Source: Allosphingosinicella sp.
Lineage (GTDB): Bacteria > Pseudomonadota > Alphaproteobacteria > Sphingomonadales > Sphingomonadaceae
DNA length: 64,000 nucleotides
Assembly (NCBI GenBank): GCA_036269695.1
Contig: DATBDY010000045.1
Span: 4,607-68,606, forward strand
Direction of reading: 5' to 3'
Part shown: positions 28,208 to 36,873 of the stretch, piece by piece
How positions within the stretch are numbered: position 1 is the stretch's first letter
Layout: every line of letters starts with the position of its first letter
Notes under the pieces: generated by a model
What the model was told of the DNA's origin: nothing
The model's database searches: none
The model's input: only the letters and a program-made list of their open reading frames with translations
Program-made: the position numbers and the translations under genes

Positions 28208-28294
28208 GTCACGCCGGACTTGATCCGGCATCCATGAACACGGAAGCAGCAACTTACCGAGGCAGCGTTCATGGGCCCCGGATCAAGTCCGGGG
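28208..28294. repeat. Family B palindromic repeat copy interrupted by the casposon. Its last 4 nt (CGAC) are displaced to 39817..39820.
   Basis: GTCACGCCGGACTTGATCCGGCATCCATGAACACGG ... CGTTCATGGGCCCCGGATCAAGTCCGGGG. The terminal complement of GTC... is found only after the right-hand duplication. Confidence 0.7.
28276..28294. repeat. target-site duplication, left copy (CCCCGGATCAAGTCCGGGG)
   Basis: Identical 19-mer at 39798..39816 in direct orientation, immediately outside the TIRs. The exact TSD/TIR border is ambiguous within the G/C runs, so the TSD is 15-19 bp. Confidence 0.75.
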
Positions 28295-28335
28295 GGTATA
28301 GTGATAAGGGGTGGAATTGTCGCGTTTGACCACAG
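28295..28335. repeat. casposon left terminal inverted repeat
   Basis: GGTATAGTGATAAGGGGTGGAATTGTCGCGTTTGACCACAG. The reverse complement of the right end is GGTATAGGGAACCGGTGGGAATTGCACGTGGATGACCACAG. Shared blocks are GGTATAG, GGAATTG and TGACCACAG. Confidence 0.75.
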
Positions 28336-28393
28336 CGCGAGCTGCCGGCCGGTGCGTCGCCCTGCCCCCGGAAAAGGGCGGTTGCTGCGCTGC

Positions 28394-28921
28394 CTATTTC
28401 AATGATGCGGCGACGTACAGGCGATCCAGCACGTCGCGGGTTTGTTCGCCTAGCTGTCGCATCGCCAGCAGAAGCTGTGGCACCGCCCGCCTATCGACAG
28501 CGTTGTCTAGCGCGGCTTTCACGCTATTGATCGCGTGTGATAGCTTCGTAATAGCCTGAAGATCGGCCCCAGTTTTGAGAACGACCCGAAGATCAACCAG
28601 CATCCATTGAAGCTTAGTAACGGCATCTAGGCAATCTTGGCGGAGAACCGGGGCATCCTTAGAATCGTTAGCCAATGCATCATTGAGACGACGCACCTTT
28701 TGGGATAGCTGGATTATCTGATCATTGAGATCATTCGTCGTGTGACTAAGATGTTCGCTCCTTGCCTTGTCCACTTCGAAATGCCGATTAATAGCAGGGG
28801 AAACGAAATAGACACCGACTCCCGCCGCAACACTTGCCACGATCGTTAGCCAAACAGGCATCTTGTCCGCAAACAACCATGGGCACTTTGATTGCCACCA
28901 AGCTCCGAACCTACCGAGCAT
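28394..28921 (-). CDS. hypothetical membrane-anchored coiled-coil protein (casposon cargo)
   Basis: AT-richer ORF with one N-terminal TM (WLTIVASVAAGVGVYFV), then helical repeats. The start is ambiguous (GTG 28960, ATG 28921, ATG 28861). It overlaps or abuts the upstream gene. Confidence 0.5.
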   Translation of the reverse strand: MLGRFGAWWQSKCPWLFADKMPVWLTIVASVAAGVGVYFVSPAINRHFEVDKARSEHLSHTTNDLNDQIIQLSQKVRRLNDALANDSKDAPVLRQDCLDAVTKLQWMLVDLRVVLKTGADLQAITKLSHAINSVKAALDNAVDRRAVPQLLLAMRQLGEQTRDVLDRLYVAASLK

Positions 28922-30074
28922 CAAGTTGTGCCCTGTGGTTAGCGACCTGAACGCGCTCACTGAGGCTGAGGGTCATCGCATTCGTCGCAGGGCGCCCGAG
29001 TTGGCGCTGTACCTCCCGCCAGTTCGTCGGCCTCATCGAATTGATATAATCGTCCAATTCCGCTTCACGCGGAGCCTTTCCAGCGCCGGCCATAGCATTT
29101 TTGACAGTATCAGTCGCCTCTTGCTTCGTCTGATCGAAATTTTGGGCGGGGTCGGCAGTTGCGACCATTAGACCGGCCGAGGCCAAAATGGACAGCGACC
29201 CAAGCGCAGCGATGATTGAAAACCGACCCGGTGAGTTAAAGTTCTGGGCAAATTCCTCAACAAGCGCTTCGTCATAATAGTGGTCAATAGCCTGTTGAAG
29301 GTCCATCCCTTGGAATGACTCGATTTCACCGATACTGTAGGCGAATACCGAGGCAACCACGTACTTAATTAACCGGGCGGCAGCATATGGTTGCAACGGG
29401 TCTTTACCGCGATAGTCGTCACCAAACACGTCAAGCTTGGAGTGCTCTCCCCAAACGTAGCTCGGATAAACCCGTGAAAAAATCTCTTCATAATATTCAG
29501 GGTCAAGCTTTGTGATCGCGTGCTTATTCTGGAGCCTTCGTGAAACCCGAGCCGGAAAGTCGCGGCGTGCAAGGGCCGTGTTCAGCCACCGCACCTTCCT
29601 CGCGGGCACGATTTCCCCCTGCAATAGCGCGATCGGCGTATCGTCTGTCTTTCGCCAAGGGTGCGTTATCTCACCGATTAGAAACGGATCGAAGTGTCCG
29701 TACGGAGGCGACATCACCAAATCGCCGGCCTTCGCATCAACGAAGAGGCGGATGACGTTGCCTAACTCGGCGGCAAACGATTTCGCTTCGGTGCTCCCGG
29801 TCTGATACGGATACGGGTTGTAAGCGGAGGGGCGGCGAGAGGGCGGCGTATTCGTCGCACCCCGCACGTAGCGTCCTATCGCGTCCGACATGTGCAAATG
29901 CCGGCGGATCAACTCTTCCGACTCAAAAACGCGATCGTTCGCATCGAAGCCGGGCAGGCTCAGGAAAACGGAGCGAGTGTCACGGAATAGCTCAAAGAAC
30001 CGACGCCCGGTGCCGGCATAGATCAACCAGACCGAAACATCATTACGAATCAAACGAATGCGCGATAATTCCAC
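28911..30074 (-). CDS. hypothetical protein, 387 aa (casposon cargo)
   Basis: GTG start preceded by AGGGGGG. There is one hydrophobic segment near residue 310 (FSIIAALGSLSILASAGLMVA). No domain recognised. Confidence 0.55.
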   Translation of the reverse strand: MELSRIRLIRNDVSVWLIYAGTGRRFFELFRDTRSVFLSLPGFDANDRVFESEELIRRHLHMSDAIGRYVRGATNTPPSRRPSAYNPYPYQTGSTEAKSFAAELGNVIRLFVDAKAGDLVMSPPYGHFDPFLIGEITHPWRKTDDTPIALLQGEIVPARKVRWLNTALARRDFPARVSRRLQNKHAITKLDPEYYEEIFSRVYPSYVWGEHSKLDVFGDDYRGKDPLQPYAAARLIKYVVASVFAYSIGEIESFQGMDLQQAIDHYYDEALVEEFAQNFNSPGRFSIIAALGSLSILASAGLMVATADPAQNFDQTKQEATDTVKNAMAGAGKAPREAELDDYINSMRPTNWREVQRQLGRPATNAMTLSLSERVQVANHRAQLDAR

Positions 30075-30410
30075 GAAGCCCCCCTGTCATAAGGCAGCCG
30101 AGCCTAACGTGTGTTTACGTGCAACGCTAGCGGGCGGTGGGCGCGTCTACAGCCGCTTTGATATGCAATCCCGTCCCCCGACCTGATTTGGTTGTCCGCG
30201 AAGCGGCTCATGCCACAGGCGACGCCTAAAGCTCGGCTGGTGACATAATGCCGTAGCGGCTGGGGCGACAGCGCTCTTAGGGCATGCGAAGCGCCCGGCG
30301 CTACAGGACCGTCAAACTACGACTTCGATACTCTTCCTGCTCACCCGCCCTCAAACGCTCGCCTTTTAATCAACAGGCCGCATGTTACAGTGGCGTCGGG
30401 AGGAAGCGTC

Positions 30411-31871
30411 ATGCTCTTATCTGCCGCGCTTGGTATCAATCTTAGCCAACCCCTGCTCGATTTCGTCGATATCGACATGGAGCTCGATTTCCCGCTCTAC
30501 ATTGACCCGCTGGGGTTCGTGGACCCAAAGGACCGCTTCGCGGCTGAGTGTCAGGAGGATATCCGCGATTTCTTTGGGGCCGTTCTTCAGGCCATCATCG
30601 ATGGCGACTTAGGGAAAGGGGGAGCGCTACTAGCTGCTCTCCAAGAGCCGAATGAAACCCATCTAGGAGTTTCACAAGGCGAGCCGAGAGGGCGGGGGAT
30701 CGGTGCGAAACAGGCGCAACAAATTCTCGATAACTTGAGGGCAAGCCCGGCTGCTCGGACAGGGCTTCTACAAGACCTAACCGACTGCGCCTTGTTCATA
30801 GACAACGTTGGCGCGGACAAGGTTTCAGATATAACCACTAACATCATCCGCCGTCATCTGATCGAATACACACAGCAGCAATTTGAACACCTCCGTGTCC
30901 CTATAGACACTATATTGCCAACGGGCCGCCTATGGGCTCGCGGCGAGGCTAGGTGGGACAACACACAGTTTGATCGTGTGCCAGTAGTAGAAGGGCGGAG
31001 AGTGCTGCTAGTTCCGAAGCGGTATGTCCGCTGGCGCGGCGGGATGCAACAACTTGCATCGCAATACTATAATCACTTCGTAACTAATTTTGTGAAGGAA
31101 GAGCAGCTACAGATAAACGGTCATCTCGTTAGAGTCGTAAAAACGAAAAAAGGGGAAAAGCGTGAGGTATTCAAATATGATATCCACAAAGACATGCCCC
31201 TTACAAAGGAAAATTTAGCGCGGTTTTCCGTTGAAAACCCCCAAGTCTATCATGCTTTCAAGGGGACGCTGGTCCGACGCGGCTCCATCGGGCTGCGAAA
31301 GTTGCTGGAGGTCGATGGCGAGCCATTTGAAGGGCGAGCCTTCGACGCTGAAGTGACACAGGTGTTACGGGACATTCCTTCCGGCAGGCCAAGCGCTACT
31401 GCGTACCACCATATCGTCGCCGGTCTGATTACCTACATTTTCTATCCAAATCTCATTACTCCAACGCTAGAGTTAGAAATCAATCAAGGTAGAAAGAGAA
31501 TCGATATTGCATACGCGAATGCGGCGAGTCAGGGACTTTTTCGTGAGATACGCGAAGACCCGTTCCTGCTTGCGCGTGAGATCATGGTTGAGTGCAAAAA
31601 CTACACGGAAGATTTGGAGAATCAGGAAATTGATCAGATGATTGGACGTTTCGACCCGCGCCGGGGTCGATTTGGAATTATCGCATGTCGAGCCGTACAG
31701 GACGAAGCACGCCTCTTAGAGAGGTGTCGAGACATGTTTCGGGCACAGCAAGGCGCGGCCATTGTGTTAACAGATGACGACTTTACGGGGTTACTCGCTG
31801 TTCCGGAGATAGATCGGGGGAATGCGGTCGAAACCCTTTGCCGCCGTAAGTTTCGTGCTTTGCTCCAATAA
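30411..31871 (+). CDS. hypothetical protein with a C-terminal PD-(D/E)xK-like nuclease motif (casposon cargo)
   Basis: ATG 30411 preceded by GGGAGGAAG. The C-terminal region has GRKRIDIAYAN ... EIMVECKNY (D ... E-x-K spacing of the restriction-endonuclease fold). The N-terminal ~330 aa are unrecognised. Confidence 0.6.
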   Translation: MLLSAALGINLSQPLLDFVDIDMELDFPLYIDPLGFVDPKDRFAAECQEDIRDFFGAVLQAIIDGDLGKGGALLAALQEPNETHLGVSQGEPRGRGIGAKQAQQILDNLRASPAARTGLLQDLTDCALFIDNVGADKVSDITTNIIRRHLIEYTQQQFEHLRVPIDTILPTGRLWARGEARWDNTQFDRVPVVEGRRVLLVPKRYVRWRGGMQQLASQYYNHFVTNFVKEEQLQINGHLVRVVKTKKGEKREVFKYDIHKDMPLTKENLARFSVENPQVYHAFKGTLVRRGSIGLRKLLEVDGEPFEGRAFDAEVTQVLRDIPSGRPSATAYHHIVAGLITYIFYPNLITPTLELEINQGRKRIDIAYANAASQGLFREIREDPFLLAREIMVECKNYTEDLENQEIDQMIGRFDPRRGRFGIIACRAVQDEARLLERCRDMFRAQQGAAIVLTDDDFTGLLAVPEIDRGNAVETLCRRKFRALLQ

Positions 31872-31899
31872 CTCAGTTTGTCGAGCGCGAATTCGGCGA

Positions 31900-34800
31900 T
31901 CAGAGCGGCGTCAAATAGCCTCCCCAAGAGGACTCTCGGTACGTAACCGGCCTCGCCTCCGCGAGCCTGCGCCTTAGATTTGATGGGTCGAGGCTGAGTA
32001 TGCGCGCGGCTCCCCTGAGGCCGTTTTTTTCGACCGCTCGGCACAGGGCCGCAATACCGGCTGCCTTGGCGGCGCGTTGAATCGCTGCGGTCTTAGATAA
32101 GCTGGCCAATGCCGAGTTTCCGATGAGCGCGGCGAGGACACTGCTCTCTCCCGACAAAGCCTTTCTCAATTTGGCCCGCGATATTCCCAGCGCTTCAGCG
32201 ACAGTCGCCGGCCGAAGGGTCTGGACAGTCTCCCTCAGCTCGGTAGCCAACCCATTAAGGGAGGAGGTCGAACTTCCGTAATCGGGCGTCGCGCTCCGGT
32301 CTAAACCGATAAAGAACTGCTCCTCCCATCGGTTCGCTTCCTTGCCGATATGCCGAATTCCGGTAGCGAGAACATGCCGGCGGCGTGTCGAGCCGCGATC
32401 AGCAAAATCCGCGTTCAGGAATTTGGATTCAGAGCGAAGATGATATTGCGCCAGTGCATGGCGATAGGATTTGAGGCCAGCCGGTAAAAGCGGCTCGGCG
32501 GTCTCGCGGTCAAAGGCGGCGGCCGATGCCTTGGAATGGTCGGTGTCAAATGGAGCTATCGGCTTCGGGAGCCGGACGGCGGGCTTTCGGCCACGCCTCT
32601 TGCCGCCGATCAGCTCCACAGGCTCACACGGATTTGCGGTGAAGGATAGGAGGAAGCCAAACGGCTTCACCTGTTCCCGGTAGCTCCGTCCCGCATTGTA
32701 GTGCCTGAACCATCGCAATAGCTCGGGGGTGGTCGCCGCGTAGCGACTGACGGCGGGGGCATCCAGCGCAGGATGATAGCCTAGGTCGACCCGATCCGGG
32801 GTGCCGGCCAGCGCGGCGCTCACAATCTGCCACCATAGATCATGGTGCCACAGCTCGAGCTTCAATGGCCCTAAGTTCACTTGGGGAGGCGGAATGTCGG
32901 CAGCCGGATCGTCTTTTCCGTAAGGCGCTCGCAAATGGCCCAACCCGTGAGCGGAAGCCTTCCGAATTACAGGTTTGCCGGTTTCGTCGATATTGAACAG
33001 GCAATACCGTTTTGCGGATATGGCCCAGCAATAGAGTGGAGCAAATTCGCTCCCGCCAATTCGGAAATTCTCATCCTCGATTTTTAGAATTGAGCCTGAA
33101 AAAGAATACGGGTTTAGCGCCCCGAACCAATCGACAATTGCCCGCACACGGTCGCGGAATTGCTCCTCGGACATTGCGGCCGGTTTGGCGATTGCCATGC
33201 TGTCGGTATCGCAAAACGACCACCCCAATTCCGCGTCCGTCACCAATCGCTCGGTAACCGCCAGCATCAGCCTCGCCGCTCCGGCAATCAAAGACGCCAC
33301 CAAGGGGTGAAAGAATGGCCCCGGCTCCTCAACCCGTTCGGACTGGAAGCTGAAAGGATCGTCGGTCCCGCTGTGCACCGTGAGGGAAATCGGCTCCGCC
33401 CGATCGGCGACATTGATTTCGGCGAAAACGCCATAGCTTGTCGAATTGGCCGCAATTTTGATAGCGTTCTGCTCTATCTCCAACGCCTCCCGCTCATTTG
33501 AATTGGCATTGTCGCGGCGGCCTTTGACGGATTGCCGAAGCTCGATCAGCCTGCGGTAAAAATCGTCCTCAATAGGATCGACCACATATTCCGCTTTGCC
33601 GCTGATATTGATCGGCCGCAGCCCCGATTGAACCGGCCCCGGCGCGAAGGCCATTGCTTCGACTACTTGCACCGGCTTCCCCGTGAGCAGCTTCGCGGCG
33701 ATGCAATCTGCCAGCGTGAACCATAGCGGCTGCTCGGACGTGAGCGGATTGAGGCCAATCGTCGGCTGCGCTTCCCCGTTGTAGCTGGCGCGTATCGGGA
33801 AAATGTCGGCATTGGGGAGCACCCGGACCAGCACCGCCAGCCCCTGCCACACCGGCTTTTCCCTCAAGTCAGTTGCATCGATGCTCGCCAGCAACTCGCG
33901 AGTTTCGGCGGTTGCATCTCGCCACGTCATCCCCTCTGCAATGACGAAGCGCCACAGGCCCATGAGGGTGCAAACGGTTGGGTACATGGACAGGAAATCG
34001 CAGAGCATGACGTGTCGCAGCTCGCGCCTGATTCGCACCTCTGAGCGCCCGCCGAAATAGCTTCCCATGATGTTGGCGAGGATCTGTCGCGGGAAATCCG
34101 GCTGGATCTTCTGCCACGGCCGGATGCCCATATCGCGGAAATTGCCCTTGCCGATGCTGGCTTCGCTGAAAACCTTTTCGGGGGGAGTGCTCGTTATCCC
34201 GAAGGCGGCATACCGGTGGACAAGCTCCGCATAGCACTCCCACGTTGTCTGCACGTCGCCCATCGCATAGCGGACCATCGCGCTCGTTATCGGCCCTTCA
34301 AACTCCTCAAATTTGAGCTTGGGATTGGGAACGCTTAGGTGTTTGGCTAGGCCCGCGAGCGAGAATGATCGGGCGAAGATGGAGCCCGCCAGCGTCTTCA
34401 CATCGACAAAATGACCGGCCCGAAAGGGCGATTTATCGCCGCGCCGCCTTTGGCTACGCGCGTCCCGCTGCTTCGGAAGCCCCGCGAACCGAATGAATGC
34501 GGAGCGCTGCGAAATGTGCCTCACTCGCACATGCGGTTGATATGGGTTTTCAGACAGCGCGAAGCTGAAGCCTCCGCGCATTTCATTGCGAGCGGAGCTA
34601 TGGCGTATAGCTATCCGCGAAATGTCGAACGGAAGATTGAAGCCGACGATGGTAGCCCGGCAGGCGTAGCCGATGGCGTAGAAGATCGTCTCCGCAAATT
34701 CGTCCCGAGTTAGCAGCGTCAACTCAGCCGTTTTCGTGTAGGAGCGGAGCACTTCAAGCTCGGCGGCTGAGACGGTCGAGGGCTCATAGAAAATGCCGCT

Positions 34801-35037
34801 GCCGTGCAACTCTCCCGCCCGCCGTACCTGATAGGTGCCGAAGCGCAGCGCCTGGCCCGCGTCGGTCCTCGTCTCTGTGTCGAAAACGAGCGTCCATGGC
34901 GAGGCCGGCACCTCTGAGCGTTTCCGCTTGGGCGCCGATGTTTGCGGCTCTTTCAGCTCCACAAAGCGGGGGCCGGCGAAAGCGCGAAGCGCTATCGGCA
35001 AGCGGTCGGATATTTCGGGCAGGGCTTCGGCGTTCAT
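31900..35037 (-). CDS. family B DNA polymerase (casposon PolB) with a long C-terminal extension
   Basis: Exonuclease motifs: ExoI LVFDTETRTD, ExoII GFNLPFDISRI, ExoIII YAMGDVQTTWE. Polymerase motifs: motif A LCDFLSMYPTV, motif B KIAANSTSYGVF, motif C FCDTDSMAI. Also KxY AISAKRYCLF. Confidence 0.9.
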   Translation of the reverse strand: MNAEALPEISDRLPIALRAFAGPRFVELKEPQTSAPKRKRSEVPASPWTLVFDTETRTDAGQALRFGTYQVRRAGELHGSGIFYEPSTVSAAELEVLRSYTKTAELTLLTRDEFAETIFYAIGYACRATIVGFNLPFDISRIAIRHSSARNEMRGGFSFALSENPYQPHVRVRHISQRSAFIRFAGLPKQRDARSQRRRGDKSPFRAGHFVDVKTLAGSIFARSFSLAGLAKHLSVPNPKLKFEEFEGPITSAMVRYAMGDVQTTWECYAELVHRYAAFGITSTPPEKVFSEASIGKGNFRDMGIRPWQKIQPDFPRQILANIMGSYFGGRSEVRIRRELRHVMLCDFLSMYPTVCTLMGLWRFVIAEGMTWRDATAETRELLASIDATDLREKPVWQGLAVLVRVLPNADIFPIRASYNGEAQPTIGLNPLTSEQPLWFTLADCIAAKLLTGKPVQVVEAMAFAPGPVQSGLRPINISGKAEYVVDPIEDDFYRRLIELRQSVKGRRDNANSNEREALEIEQNAIKIAANSTSYGVFAEINVADRAEPISLTVHSGTDDPFSFQSERVEEPGPFFHPLVASLIAGAARLMLAVTERLVTDAELGWSFCDTDSMAIAKPAAMSEEQFRDRVRAIVDWFGALNPYSFSGSILKIEDENFRIGGSEFAPLYCWAISAKRYCLFNIDETGKPVIRKASAHGLGHLRAPYGKDDPAADIPPPQVNLGPLKLELWHHDLWWQIVSAALAGTPDRVDLGYHPALDAPAVSRYAATTPELLRWFRHYNAGRSYREQVKPFGFLLSFTANPCEPVELIGGKRRGRKPAVRLPKPIAPFDTDHSKASAAAFDRETAEPLLPAGLKSYRHALAQYHLRSESKFLNADFADRGSTRRRHVLATGIRHIGKEANRWEEQFFIGLDRSATPDYGSSTSSLNGLATELRETVQTLRPATVAEALGISRAKLRKALSGESSVLAALIGNSALASLSKTAAIQRAAKAAGIAALCRAVEKNGLRGAARILSLDPSNLRRRLAEARPVTYRESSWGGYLTPL

Positions 35038-35396
35038 GCCTGCCTCGCCCCAGCTGGGGACTTCGCTCGCTCGATAAGGGCGGTTCCAAATTCTGTCAGC
35101 TTCTCAACAATCAGCCGGAGCAGGTCGGCTAAGCCGAGCAGGAAATGGCCGATACAATCCAGCATCGGCTCGGCGGCTGCATCGAACGGCGGATGGCCCT
35201 TTTGATCGTCTGTCACCTTGCGGTGGCAGTTGCTGCAAATGATCACCATCGCTTCATCGCGCTTATGATCGGCGACATGATGGAGATCGAAGCATCGCCA
35301 ATCTGTTTCGCCGCACGTGCCGCACCGCGGCTCATTGGTGCCGAGCTTTTCGAGGCGCGCCTGTTTGCGAGCCTCCGCCGCAAGGGGATTACTCAT
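35034..35396 (-). CDS. HNH endonuclease
   Basis: CGTCGE ... DLHHVADHK ... CSNCHRK, a Cys4 plus His-Asn-His pattern. ATG 35396 with AGGAG 5 nt upstream is preferred over GTG 35411. The stop overlaps the PolB ATG (ATGA). Confidence 0.85.
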   Translation of the reverse strand: MSNPLAAEARKQARLEKLGTNEPRCGTCGETDWRCFDLHHVADHKRDEAMVIICSNCHRKVTDDQKGHPPFDAAAEPMLDCIGHFLLGLADLLRLIVEKLTEFGTALIERAKSPAGARQA

Positions 35397-35407
35397 CACA
35401 ACTCCTG

Positions 35408-35980
35408 TCACTGAATGAGCCGGTAGACCTGTTCGAATCCTTCGCCTCCGGCGGCGGCGAGGCGGTAGAGACTGTTCGGGTCGGTTTCTAAAGGATGCGA
35501 TTTGCCCGCTGCGTCCTTGACGCTGCGCCCCTTGAACGGCTCCAGTTCCGCAATGTCATTGGTTTCGAGAAAGCGCCGCACGGCCGCGAGATGACTACCG
35601 ACCACTGAGGCCTGATCGAAGCCGCTAATCCTCAGCATCTTCGACTGACCGGCCGTGAGCACCCGCATGTGGCGCAATCGTTGGTCTGTGATTTGCCAGC
35701 GGCGGCCGCGCCGCTCGGCAAGCGCATTCTCCCGAAGGAACCGGCGCAACCGCTCCGGCGACACACCCGCTTCCTTCGCAGCGTCGCCTTGTTTGCCGGT
35801 GCGGCGGAGTGCCTTCAGCGCGGCCTCTAACCGGTCCTCACCCTTGATCGGCTTGCGGGTGCGGATCGGCGCTTCGCCGGCTCTGGCGTGACCGCGCGCT
35901 TGAGACCGGCTGAGGCCCTTCGCCGCAGCCCGCGCCAAGCGCCGCTCATACTCAGCCTTATAGTCGCGCCGGCGCGCCAT
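35408..35980 (-). CDS. HTH-containing protein (casposon)
   Basis: Start at MARRRDYKAEYERRLARAAAKGLSRSQARGH. It has a predicted HTH (QGDAAKEAGVSPERLRRFLRE). Confidence 0.6.
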   Translation of the reverse strand: MARRRDYKAEYERRLARAAAKGLSRSQARGHARAGEAPIRTRKPIKGEDRLEAALKALRRTGKQGDAAKEAGVSPERLRRFLRENALAERRGRRWQITDQRLRHMRVLTAGQSKMLRISGFDQASVVGSHLAAVRRFLETNDIAELEPFKGRSVKDAAGKSHPLETDPNSLYRLAAAGGEGFEQVYRLIQ

Positions 35981-36102
35981 GCTTCCCGCCCGCTCTATTC
36001 CCCGACGCGGCGGACAGCCGCGCCTCCTCACGCAATGGAAGCTCATCGGGGAGGCAGGAGTCGAATCGTCAAAACATCAAAAGTCGGGCGAATTCCGCCG
36101 GT

Positions 36103-36783
36103 CTAATTAGATTTCCAAAAGGCTTTCAAATGGCGGATTAGCGTCTGCTGATCGGGCCGGTGTTCCGTAAAATTATCGGGGAATTGGCCTTTTCCAATTT
36201 TCCGGATTTCGCTGGCTTGCGACTTCCAAGGCATTTCCGGCGTGATACGCCCGGACTTCACAAGCGCCGCCGCGATTTCCAACACCCGCTCCCGATTGGA
36301 GGGTCGGCCAATCGTAGGTTTGGCGACCGCACCGCCTGGAATGATGCGGACTTTGGAATATCGCGCATTGCCGTCGCTGAATTCGGATTTTCGCCATTTG
36401 GCGAATTGCTTCTGGATTAGGAATTGCGGGACGGGCTCCGGCTCCGTCGCTTTCGGCCGATCAGCGGGAAATCCGAAGGCGAGCCATTCACCCCGTTCCA
36501 ATGCCGCAATTAATTGGTCCACCCGGCTTTCGCGGGCTTCCACGGTTGCGGACCAAAGGGACATGCCAGTCGCTATCGTGTCGATTAACGAGATTACATT
36601 CTGAGCCCCGGCAAGCCTGAATTTCTGTTTTTGAGCTTCAAAAAGCTGGCGCTGCTCTGCGGTCTTTTCGGCCAATTTGGATTGATCGACGCGCGGCGAA
36701 AATAGCTCCAAAGCCTCCTCTAATTCGAACCCTTCTCGCCACGCGGTTAGCCTTACATCTGCCGTTTTCCGATTAACCATCAT
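36103..36783 (-). CDS. hypothetical protein, 226 aa (casposon, first gene of the minus-strand module)
   Basis: ATG-ATG start next to the AT-rich divergent region shared with cas1. No domain recognised. Confidence 0.55.
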   Translation of the reverse strand: MMVNRKTADVRLTAWREGFELEEALELFSPRVDQSKLAEKTAEQRQLFEAQKQKFRLAGAQNVISLIDTIATGMSLWSATVEARESRVDQLIAALERGEWLAFGFPADRPKATEPEPVPQFLIQKQFAKWRKSEFSDGNARYSKVRIIPGGAVAKPTIGRPSNRERVLEIAAALVKSGRITPEMPWKSQASEIRKIGKGQFPDNFTEHRPDQQTLIRHLKAFWKSN

Positions 36784-36873
36784 TCTCGCCTAATTACCCG
36801 AAATCACTGCGGAAAATGCTTGTTTCGTGCTATGTAATTTCCTCGAAATTGGCCGCGCGAGGAACCACTAATC
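36784..36873. promoter_or_regulatory. AT-rich divergent intergenic region between the replication module and the Cas1 gene
   Basis: A 90-bp gap, the most AT-rich stretch in the element core. It contains the repeated motif CGAAAT (CCCGAAATCAC / CCTCGAAATTGG). Confidence 0.35.

Noticed and set aside
25403-28294. tRNA-Leu as the casposon attachment site or as the edge of one large island reaching the casposon.
   Set aside because: The casposon end is about 2.8 kb from the tRNA. The intervening genes (DUF3297, PilZ and others) are high-GC and core-like. I could not find a copy of the tRNA 3' end at the far side, and no tyrosine/serine integrase is present.
30075-30410. 335-bp intergenic region inside the casposon as a possible ncRNA or additional small gene.
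   Set aside because: It is most simply the divergent promoter region for the two cargo units. I saw no strong hairpin-plus-T-run and no SD-preceded ORF.
31900-35037. PolB as a host repair polymerase (E. coli Pol II-like) rather than a mobile-element gene.
   Set aside because: It lies inside the TIR-bounded, AT-richer segment. It is translationally coupled to an HNH gene, is next to a Cas1 gene, and carries a non-canonical C-terminal extension.
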